In this document: positions 49,600-60,513 of the stretch, in pieces
How the letters are laid out: each line of letters begins with the position of its first letter
Position numbering within the stretch: position 1 is the first letter of the stretch
Assembly (NCBI GenBank): GCA_043228905.1
Contig: JBHGNT010000002.1
Location: 4,464,001-4,528,000 of the forward strand
DNA length: 64,000 nt
Source: Azolla caroliniana
Taxonomy: Eukaryota; Plantae; Polypodiophyta
Direction of reading: 5' to 3'
The notes under the pieces: generated by a model
Databases searched by the model: none
What the model saw: only the letters and a program-made list of their open reading frames with translations
What the model was told of the DNA's origin: nothing
Position numbers and translations under genes: made by a program

Positions 49600-52599
49600 T
49601 CATTGTTCACCCAAATTGTCCAAATTACTTTGTTCAAGAATTTCCACTTGTTCTTCCGGTTGTGGTTGTTGCGGCTGTGCTTGCTACTGCTGCTGTGGTT
49701 GCGGTTGGGACTGAGGTTGCTCCGGCTGCTCTGCTTGCTGCTGCTGCTCCGTTTGTTTCGCTGACTCCGGCAGCTCCGTTTGTCTCTCTGGCTCCGGCAT
49801 CTCCGTTTGACTGCTTCCGGTCCGGTCTCCATCCAGTAAGGGTTCCTCATCACTGAGGTTGACCGTAACTGGTTCTCGTTCTTTCTCTCCCCGGATCCGG
49901 GACCTCTCGTAGCTTTCAAACTGGATCTGCGCCTCCAGCCTGTCGTCGTCCAGCTGAGCCACAAGTTGCCGGACTTGCTCTAGTTGGTCCTCTGCCAAGG
50001 CTTGAAAGTCTTCGGCCAGCTCATCTCTTATGCCGGTGAAATCTTCAGAATTCAGCATATAGCAATCATCTCCCTCCTTCCGCCGGTTCTCTACGTCGGC
50101 CCGGAGCAATTGGAGTTCCGCCGCGTCCGTGGCCCACTTGGTCCACCATTTGACGGAGCCGTTGTCAATCAAGCTCTTGGTCTGGTTCAACCAGGCCCGC
50201 ATGATATCCTGGATGCGACTTGCTCCCATTTGCGCTCTACTTTCCACCACTTGTCGCTCCTCCTTCAACTGCTTGATGAGATTCGCCGTATCCTCCGCCT
50301 GCTCTCTGTAGCGCGTCAGCTGCCCTTGATATGTCGTTTGCAGCCTCTGCAGTACCTCCGCCGCTCTTTCTTTTTCCGCCTGCTGTTGCCTGAGGAGCTC
50401 TGTCCGCACCTTCTCCGCCTCTTCCAACCGTCTTCTGTTTTCCGCTTGTTCCTTGGCGAATGCGGTTGCGGTCCGATCAACTGCTTGCCGGAGCTCATCC
50501 GTCCGTTCCTTGTGCTCCGTTTGCAACCGCTTATACTCCCGGTGCAATTGCTCAAATTCCTCCGTTTTTTGTTTGAGCTTGCCGTTGATCTGGCGATGGT
50601 TCCGGTCCTCCCGGTCCTTTACCTGCCGGAGTTCCTCTTTCAGGCGCTCTACTTCTGTTTCGGCGTTCCTCCGGAGCCTCTCCTTCTCTTGCAGCATTTT
50701 CTCCTTCTCCTCCTTGAGCCGGTCGTACACTTGGTGGCCTTTCCGTAAGCTCTCCTCGGCCCGGCGTAGATTCTCAGCAGTCTTTTTGAGTTCTGCCTCC
50801 GCTGCCGTCTTCAATTCTCTTTCGCGGCTCCTCAGCGCTTCTTGGGCAGCTAGCTCATCCTTTAAATCCGCAAGCTCTTGGGCTTGTGCCGCATTTCTCT
50901 CCGGAACGGTTTCCGTTGCCGGGGTCTGATTGCTATGTACAGGTTGATTTGACACTTTATTCTGTACATTGCCCGGAGTCACCGGTGCTTGGACTTGTGT
51001 TGTCAAAGCGAATTGAGCCATTTCCCTTGTGACCCTGTCCAAGTCTTGTTCAAGGCTCCGGATTCTGGACCGGGCCGTCTCTAGATCTACGGTTGTGACG
51101 AGCAACCGTTCCTGGTGCGCTCTCTCTTCCGCCTCTATATACTCGACCGCTCCGGCGATTTGCTCGCCTACCCACCGTAGCCACATGCTACTGGTGCCTT
51201 GTTGCTGTACTGGTCGGGTTGGCTCATTCCCTGTGGGATTGTCTGGCCTGAGTGCCTGCATATGCCGTTCTGGTTCTACTCCTTGGCCGCCGTGTGCTCT
51301 GGCTGGGCTCGCCGGCTGTTGAGTTCCGGTTCTCGCCGTCTCCGGAGCCGTTGGACTGACTTCTTCTATAGAAGTCGACAAGACCGGTTCCCTACGCACC
51401 GGTTCCGGTTCTTCCCTTGTGGTTTGCTCAGGTTGAGTTGGGGGCGTTTCTGCCTCTCGCGGGTACGACCGCTCCCCTCCTGTCTCGGCGGCCCTACTTC
51501 TTGACCGTCGTTGGAGGTGCTCTTCTGGCTCCTCCGTTTCCTCTTCCTGTGTCACGGCATGTTTCTGTGCCGTCAAGGGTTCCGGTTCCTTCTGTCCCGG
51601 TCTCCGTAAGGTTATCTTGACGGGTCGGACCAGTGACACCTCCTCCGGTTCTGGGACCCGTTTCTTCCCTTTCGTCGCCTTCGACGCCAGCAGCTGCTGT
51701 CGTTTGGACGCCGGCTTCGAGGTGCTTCCTTCCGATACTCTTGGCCGCTTCTTTGGCTGAACGGTCTCGACCGGCGGCACGAGCAATGTTATCCACTGAG
51801 CGACGGCATGCCACAGCTTCCGGCCCTCCTTGCCGTCCTTACCTCGTACCGTGTCGATTGCCACACACAGACCGTCTGCAATCAACACCGGCCAATCCAC
51901 CTTCGTCCCTTCATAGGTGGCTATGATCATCCCTGCCCGATTTTTTGGCATGACATGGGGTCGGGGGTACACGTGGCCGTACTCATGGAGCACTCGAGCT
52001 ATCTCCCTGAACAGCGGATCTTCGCCGCCCTGCGTTCGATAGCCTTTGCCGGCAACAGAGTACTCACCGAAATATCGGGTGAGTTGCTCCGAGGTTGGAT
52101 TATCAATCTGAAAAATTCCTCCCTCCGGAAGGCCTGTTAGCGCACGGATCGCTTCCTCGGTGATGACTTCCTTGTCGAGCTCCTTGATGACCTGGTCGGC
52201 TTCTCTGTGCGGTGGTGCTTCCATGATGGCCAAGAAGCCCTCCAGTCCGTGTTGCCTGAACCATTTCCTGGCCGCTTCCGACAGCGTTTGTGGTTCCATG
52301 TCTGCTTCGAGGTCGAGGAAAGATGGCGAGGTAGAGTGGTGATGAGAGTGAGGACGAGAGAGAGAGCGTTCTGAACGTGGGGGTTCTCTGCGTGCAGGTT
52401 CGCGTTTGCTCAGCTTCCACTGTCTTGGTGCTTCTGTGCTTCTTGGCTCGCGAAATGAAAAGGTCTCCATGCGTTCTGCTTCTTCTTTGTGCGTTTTGGC
52501 GCCTTTTTCGAGCATGCACACGTCGTGTACCAATTTAGTATTAAGTAGCGTGGCGTCTCTTAAATGCCCACTACGTACCTTTTCGCTCCTTGTTTTCAC
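49600..52599 (-). CDS. Extra ORF of element D: globular N-terminal domain, long coiled coil and Q/P-rich tail
   Basis: 971-codon ORF, same strand as and downstream of pol. TAG at 49684-49686 sits in a CAG run and the frame stays open to TGA at 49600-49602. Start codon uncertain. Confidence 0.8.
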
Positions 52600-52680
52600 A
52601 CCCGTTCATACCTCGATTTTTAATGATGTTTTTTTTTTTTTTTTTTTTTTTTTTCAAGTTTCTAATGATGGTGTGTGACC

Positions 52681-53495
52681 TTACACATCCGTAGGTCCCT
52701 TCGGACCCTTACCGTTTTCCTTACGGGTTGCCGTGTCTTCCTTCGTCTCTGCTACGGGTTCCCCGTCGTCTTTTTCTTCCGGATCGATCCGTACCGATCC
52801 CGGACAGGTTCCCGGTATAGTGCCGGTTTGCTGCATAAACGGGTTCTTTGGCACCGGTCCTTTATAGGGCTTTAGTCGAAATCCGTTTACCCACTTGCCT
52901 AGTACTTCACCGGCAAGTGTCCCTATCTGATAGGACCCGTTGTATTCCCTTGTCAACCAATACGGGCCTGTCCATCTGAACCGGAGTTTACCCGGCATTT
53001 TGCCCATCCTCGTTTGGAATACTAGAACCGGCTTTCCGATTTCGAACATCTTTTCGTTACCTTTCCGGTGACGGTCAATGAAGGCTTTCCGTCGTCGTTG
53101 CTCCAGTTCCATGTGGAGGATGCTGGCCAGCCGTTGCTCCTCCAGTTCGCATAGTGCTGCTAGCCGCATTTCCTCCGACTTCTTTTCATTCAGCCGTTCC
53201 CGTAGTTGGATCCGTAAACTTGGTACCTGAAACTCGACCGGCATGACCGCTTCTAAGCCGAATGCTAACCGGAACGGCGTTGTCCGGATACTTGTTTTGT
53301 ATGCCGTTCTGTACGCCCATAGCGCACTATGGAGCTTTGTGTCCCAGTCCGTCCGGTTTTCATTGACAATTTTGCGGAGAATGTTCTGCAGCGTTTTGTT
53401 GGTGGACTCTGCTAACCCGTTCGCCTGTGGGTAGTACGGTGTGCTTCGTTTATGGACCACGGCATAGAACGTTGTCAAGCTTTCCACTACCTGGC
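52681..53495 (-). CDS. Integrase C-terminal half of element D
   Basis: STPYYPQANGLAESTNK, ALWAYRT, GKLRFRWTGPY; no chromodomain. Confidence 0.9.
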
Positions 53496-54196
53496 TGTTA
53501 CGGGCATGACCATATAATATCACGTGGTAAGAATTTACCGTCGTATTCTATACACGTGGATAAGTGTGAGGGTTAAATGAGAGTGTAAAGAAGGGGAGGA
53601 TTACTTTTAATCCTCGGGATTGAGACAACCCATTAGGTCAAGTGTGAACTTGCCTGGGGGCCTTGGGTATCGCTATAAATAAGAGGCCTAGCTACCCTCA
53701 CTTGATCATCTTTTGACTACATCGAGACTCTGCTCGTGTGGTGGGTCAACTCTTGTAGCGAGCGCGCCAGCACCAGGTACGACTCGACGCCACGGCGGTG
53801 GTATGGGACGCCGATCGAGGCTCGAGTCCGTCTCGATCCCTTCGCTCGGGGGTGGTCGGGTGGATCGGCACCCTTCTTTCTCTTTCTCCTTTCTATCTTT
53901 CAATTCTTTATCCTTATCTTAAGCTTACATTAGTGCTATGATCTATAATATTTGGTATCAGATTTTTGTACTAATGTTTCTTTGTTTTTCATTTGTCTTT
54001 TGATTGATGCTGATCGATCGTTGTGCGGTTGGCCTTGATCCAGACAACGATCAACAAAGAACTTCGGTAACTCTTTCCAGAATTTTTCTTTCTATTCTCT
54101 CTTCTCCCATCTAATCATGTGTTTAGTTTAAATGTAATTTTTTTCATTAAATCAATGATGTTGTAGTGGTCTTTAATTGATTATCTAAAACGTTTA

Positions 54197-54466
54197 CATA
54201 TGTGCACGAGATCAATACCTCGTTTGACATATTAATAATATGTGATGAGTGTCGTATGCGTACGAGGTTAATACCTCAATTACGTATTACGTTCACGAAC
54301 ATATGTTACGTTTGCGTATGAGTTTAATACCTTGATTTGTTGTAAACGATATGCGTTTGGTCTCGTATGCGTAAGAGGTCAATACCTCCATTGCGTATTA
54401 CGATGATCTCTTATTTGTGGATGTTTCGTGTGCGTAGAGGTATATACCTCGATTACGTATCTCGAT
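54197..54466 (+). repeat. Array of five ~56-nt hairpin units in the leader of element E
   Basis: Core (A/T)ATACCT at 54214, 54270, 54326, 54381 and 54443; consensus GAGGT-YAAT-ACCTC on a longer lower stem. Confidence 0.8.
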
Positions 54467-55638
54467 CACATCATTTGTGGCTATTTAATATAACGATATG
54501 TTTAATATAGGCATATGTGGTCACATATATACGTATTTGATCGTATATATGTGATAAGTAAACATATGTGTATATTCGTTATTACGTGATTATATCGAAA
54601 GTTGTCATGATCGGGAAAAGGATGTTGGTGGCCGTCCTCACATTTTTGTGAGAATGGCGTTGTCACCATCCCTTTTTCAACATTTTTTTATTGTTGATAA
54701 CCCCGTTGACGACCTCGATTTCGTTACGTAAAGAAACGCCAATAGCCAAAATGATGTTGAGTACGTAGGGCTTGACCCACTTCAAGTGAGGTCGCTCCAA
54801 TGACGCGCGTATCCAACATCCCTCCCTCGTTACATGGATACGATGCCACCATGAGCTCGTTCTTACGAGAGGCATTCGTAATGACGTGACCATGTGATGG
54901 CCCACGTGAGCCTACTACGAAACAAGGGCTCATTTGGCTTCACCATTAGGTTGCACTTTGGCGTATGCCATCGTAATTACGAGACTTGAGGTTAGGTAAC
55001 GTACCAACATAGTTTTGGTAAATGAGGGCGAAATAAGGACCCTTGACATATATGTTCTTTTAAAAAAACATATATGATCAATTGCCTCGCATATCTCTTA
55101 TACGCATCAAACATTAAACATTCGAGAAGACCAACTTACTTGGTTGGCTCAAGTGTTTAATGTATTTGTTCTCGAGGTCTCGAGTTCAAATATGACCAAG
55201 ACCATACAACATCCTTGATACATATGACTATAACACATGTTTAGACTTAAGGTCTAAGTGCACCTCGGGGTCCTCGTAATAGGACTTAAAGAGCCGAAAC
55301 CACTTATGTGGGCACCGAAACATAGTTTATTGTTAACATTTTTTTCGTGTATAAACTATTCATGACGCGAACATACATGGTTGAGCCTCGGGGAGCCACC
55401 ATGAAAAAATCGATATAGAGATCAGGGAAAGACATTTATTTGTCACCCCCATGGTTTTTAAAACACCTTTGTGTTACCATAGTAACCTGATCTTGAACCT
55501 CATCTCATACGTCTAGAGGGGTATTGACGTGAGATAATGATATCGATTAATGCTCGCCCATGATATGTTTACATCACGACATGATGTTATGACTATATCT
55601 CTGACCTTATCCTATTTCTTTTCCAGAAATAATCTTTA

Positions 55639-58600
55639 ATGGCTCAAATTAACGACCCGATGTCATCCGCTCAAGCGGAAGGAACTCAAGGGAATCCTCC
55701 TGGACAAATGTCCACTGAGATGTATTTGGCACAAATAACCCAATTCCTTAGTTTCACCGCTCAACAGATGACCGAACTTCGGCAATCTCAGAGTGCTCTT
55801 GAGGCACGTGTCATTAGTCTACAACGTGAGACTAATAGACCTGATGAGCGACAAGGTGAACCATCATTTGTCGTTAAGCCATTTACGGGAGACAAAAAGG
55901 AAAGAACCGAAGAAGCAATCTGCACATGGCTGGGACGATGGGAGTCTCATTTTGAGCTCTATCCCACGCCAGATAGTACGAAGATTGCATATGTCGGCCG
56001 AGAACTCGGGGGTAAGGCCGCCGCCTGGTGGCGTGGCCTCCGTACTATGGGGAAATTGCCCGATACCTGGACAGATTTTGTCACGGTTTTTAAGGGCCAA
56101 TTTCTGCAACCTCCCTCTCGAACCGAGGCAGCACAAGCTTTAATGAACCTCTCTAGCAGGAAATTTTCCTCGCTAGAAGACTATGTTCACCATGCTAGAA
56201 CCCAAATCCAAAAATCGGGTCTAGAAGGGGACAATTGGTTGATAGCTTGTTTTGTCAATGGCATCCCCAATTCGGACTATCACTGGATAGTGCACGATAA
56301 GGATCCAAAATCCTTCGAAGAGGCCGTTGAAATAGTTCTTCGCTATCAACGCACTTCGAAGAAGGACCATAACAAACCCAACGAAGCGCCCGGGACTAAG
56401 CAGTCGCAATTTGTTGGGAAACGCAAGACACCCAACGAATTCCTGGATCGCGATTGTAAGCGACAACATCCTTTTTGTGTATTCTGCAAAAAGAAGGGTC
56501 ATACAAAAGATCAATGTCGAAAGCTCCAACGGAAAGAGCACGACAACAAAGCTAAAGCTGCAGACCATAAAGGTCAGATTCCTAATGTCCTTCAGGTCTA
56601 TACACATCATTTCAGTAGTTGTCAATGTTCTTTCCCTCACTATGTATTGGGTCCCAATGATTTACTACGTGCAAACGGGTATATCAATGGATCTCCCGTA
56701 CAATTTTTATTTGATTCGGGAAGCTCACACAATTTTGTGAATGATCGTTTGGTACAGATATGGGGAATCCAACCCACAGTAAGTGATCACACCTACACGG
56801 TGCACTTGGCTGATGGAAGAGTACAACACATCAACGGGGCGATTCATTCTTTAGGAATTTCTATTGATACCTATATAGAGGAAGTAGACTTCCATGTAAT
56901 GAATCTTAGTACCACCGATGTAATACTGGGTTATCCCTGGTTTTATAATAAAAGCTCTTCTTTATTTATTGATTGGGTTCGCCATTCCATTTCTTTTGTA
57001 CTCAACGATTGTACGCATTTTATTCAATGTGTAAAAAAACAATCCCTCTCGATTGTTTCCTCGTGTCCATCAATATCCGAGTTGTCTTGTTCTACGTTAT
57101 TTTATTGTGTACTTGATCCGGACATTCACGTTTACAATATCGATAATGTCTCGGGTCAATTAACATATTTTGAACAAAAACAACTTGATGAAATCGTAAA
57201 CGATTTTCGTGATGTTTTTCCGAGTGAACTACCCGATGGTTTACCTCCTAAACGTAATATAGACCATCGTATAGATATTGTACCTGGCGTTGCACCCATT
57301 AGTATACCTCCGTATCGCCTAAGTCGATCTGAAGAGGATGAGGTAGCTAAGCAACTTAAGGACTATTTACGAATGGGTTATATACGTTATAGTAAATCTC
57401 CATGGGGTGCACCAGTTCTCTTGGTTAAAAAGAAAGAGGGCACATGGCGTATGTGTATTAATTACCGACGCTTGAATAAAGTGACGATCAAGAATTCGTA
57501 CCCATTGCCCCGGGCTGACGATCTAATTGACCGTCTCCAGGGAGCTCGGTATTTTACGAAACTTGATCTCCGTACTGGCTACCATCAAATACGAATAAGT
57601 GAGGACGATGTTCCTAAAACAGCATTTCGTACGCGCTATGGCCATTACGAGTTTTTGGTTATGCCTTTTGGTTTGACCAATGCTCCGGCTACTTTTCAAC
57701 AAGAAATGAATGACATTTTCCGAGAACAACTTGGAAAATTTGTCGTTATTTTCTTGGATGATATTTTAGTTTATAGCCGTACATTACAAGAACATGCTAG
57801 ACATGTCCGCTTTGTTTTACAAACATTCCGTGACAAACAGTTTTATGCGAAGATCTCAAAATGTGAGTTCTTCAAGAAATCAATTACTTATCTAGGACAT
57901 CTCATAACCGAACGAGGAGTTGAAATTGATCCTTCTCGCATTGAGAAAATCAAGCTTTGGCCCACTCTTCGGAATATTCGAGAAGTTCGATCATTCCTTG
58001 GTTTTGTGGGGTTTTTGCGAAAGTCTCTTCGTAATTACTCCCAATTGACGACGCCGTTTACTGATCTTTTAAAAGGTCAAACGCGTAAGTCTACAAAACC
58101 TATTGTGTGGAATGCTACACTAGACCTTGCCTTTAAGGAACTCAAGGACCTGGTTTGCAAGGCTCCTTCACTTCTTTTACCCGATCCTTCAAAACCTTTT
58201 GAGGTTGAAACCGATGCAAGCGATTATGCTATAGGTGTTGTCTTGTATCAAGATGGTAAACCAATAGCATTCGAGAGTAAGAAACTTGATTCTGCTCAAT
58301 GTCGGTATACCGTTCAAGAAAAGGAACTATTTGCAGTTATACATGCGCTCAAAACATGGCGCCATTATCTTTATGGAAATCACTTTGTGGTAACTACGGA
58401 CCACGAGTCCTTGAAATATTTTTGTGACCAACAAGACCTGAAAGGTCGTAAGGCACGATGGGCTGATCTCATCCAGGACTTTGATTTTTCCATACGATAT
58501 CGTAAAGGTTCCATGAACATTGTCGCTGATGCACTAAGTCGCATCCGTGAAGTTAACACGCTTAGCTTCACTGAAATATCATCAGATCTTTATGATCACC

Positions 58601-60072
58601 TTCGAGGAAAGTATCCTGATGACAGTTATTTCGCAAAATACTGGGCAAGAGTTGAGTCTGGAACAGACACCACCACATCCTCGAAGGAATACTTCCACAT
58701 TGCTAACGGTTTGCTCTACCGTAATGGGAAGGTTTGTGTTCCAGATTTACCCGAGGTCAAAAAGAGGATTCTTTTTGAATGCCATGATGCACCCTCAGCA
58801 GGGCACCCTTGAATACATCGTACACTCGTTCTCATCTCCACTCAATTTTATTGGCCTAAGATGCGTCCTGACATACATAGCTATGTGACTAAATGTCACC
58901 AGTGTCAGGTTAACAAAGCCGAGCGACTTAAAGCCGCAGGACTTTTACATCCCTTGGACATTCCCAATAATAAGTGGGAAAGTATATCCATGGATTTTAT
59001 TGTTAGCCTTCCTCGCACCCAAAAAGGTCATGATGCCATCTGGGTTGTCGTTGATCGACTAACTAAAATGGCCAGATTTATTGCTACTAAAACCACGGTA
59101 ACAGCTCCTGAATTGGCTTACCAATTCGTTGACGAATTGTTTCGTTTTTATGGGTTACCGATGGATATCGTGAGTGATCGAGATCCAAAGTTTACTAGTG
59201 ACTTCTGGACACAAGTCTTTAAGAAGTTAGAAACTACGTTGAGCATGAGCTCCACGGATCATCCTCAATCCGATGGACAGACAGAACGAGTAAATCAAAT
59301 TATTGAGGACATGCTTCGAGCATACGTTGGTGCAAAACCAACAAAATGGGAACGTTATCTCCCAATTTTGGAGTTTGCTTATAACAGCTCCAAGCATACG
59401 TCGACGGGATATAGTCCTTTTATGTTGATGTATGGTTTTCAGCCACGAGCCCCGATTGATGTTAATATACATCACGATGAGTTGCGAAGTACGCAAAACT
59501 TTCTTCGGGATATGCAAGATATGTTGCATATTGCACGAGATAATATAAAAACAGCTCAAGATAGAGCGCGTTTTTATGCCGATCATCATAGGCAACCTCG
59601 TGTATTCAACCCTGGACAGAAGGTATTTTTACGTGTACCTCACAATTCTAAGACATTGTCTACGGGTAAGTGCGCTAAGTTAGCCCCACGGTTTTGTGGA
59701 CCTTTTACAGTCCTCAAACGCATTGGGTCATCAGCCTATCGTCTCGCTCTTCCCGATGGTGTCGGAATTCATCCAGTCTTTCATGTCAGTCGTCTAAAAG
59801 AACTTCTAGGTTCTGGCGACAATACAGTTACGACTGAAACTCTGGTTACTTCTGAAGAATTATCTTCTAAACCACATGTACCAGAAAGAATTCTCGATGT
59901 TAAAACAAAAAAATTACGTACTAAAGAAATCCGAGAATTCAAAATAAAATGGATGGATAAATCAATAAAAGATGCCACATGGGAACGCGAAAATACACTT
60001 AGAACTAACTTCCCTAACTTTCCATTGCAAGAGTGCAATGTTTTAAAGAGGGGGAGTATGTTACGGGCATGA
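55639..60072 (+). pseudogene. Gag-pol with chromodomain of element E, with a single in-frame TGA
   Basis: Gag, [28 protein letters not shown], RNase H, integrase, chromodomain PERILD...KIKW...DATWE. The two ORF-track pieces are in the same frame, separated by TGA at 58810-58812. Confidence 0.95.
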
Positions 60073-60513
60073 CCATATAATATCACGTGGTAAGAATTTA
60101 CCGTCGTATTCTATACACGTGGATAAGTGTGAGGGTTAAATGAGAGTGTAAAGAAGGGGAGGATTACTTTTAATCCTCGGGATTGAGACAACCCATTAGG
60201 TCAAGTGTGAACTTGCCTGGGGGCCTTGGGTATCGCTATAAATAAGAGGCCTAGCTACCCTCACTTGATCATCTTTTGACTACATCGAGACTCTGCTCGT
60301 GTGGTGGGTCAACTCTTGTAGCGAGCGCGCCAGCACCAGGTACGACTCGACGCCACGGCGGTGGTATGGGACGCCGATCGAGGCTCGAGTCCGTCTCGAT
60401 CCCTTCGCTCGGGGGTGGTCGGGTGGATCGGCACCCTTCTTTCTCTTTCTCCTTTCTATCTTTCAATTCTTTATCCTTATCTTAAGCTTACATTAGTGCT
60501 ATGATCTATAATA

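Larger units (their letters stand above)
53496..60513 (+). mobile_element. Very young chromovirus E (Reina-like), complete
   Basis: 455-bp LTRs at 53496-53950 and 60059-60513 with no difference seen by eye; TSD CTGGC; PBS TGGTATCAGA (iMet) 53953-53962; PPT AAAGAGGGGGAG 60045-60056. Confidence 0.97.

Noticed and set aside
49600-52599. True envelope gene, or stop-codon readthrough from pol
   Set aside because: No signal peptide or transmembrane helix. Although in the same frame as pol, another stop (TGA at 52608-52606) intervenes.
53700-53880. Hammerhead ribozyme (retrozyme-type) in the LTR
   Set aside because: No CUGANGA...GAAA core with suitable stems was found on either strand.
54197-54466. 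CRISPR array
   Set aside because: Repeats are degenerate, linkers are short, no cas genes are present, and the array lies inside a eukaryotic retrotransposon leader.
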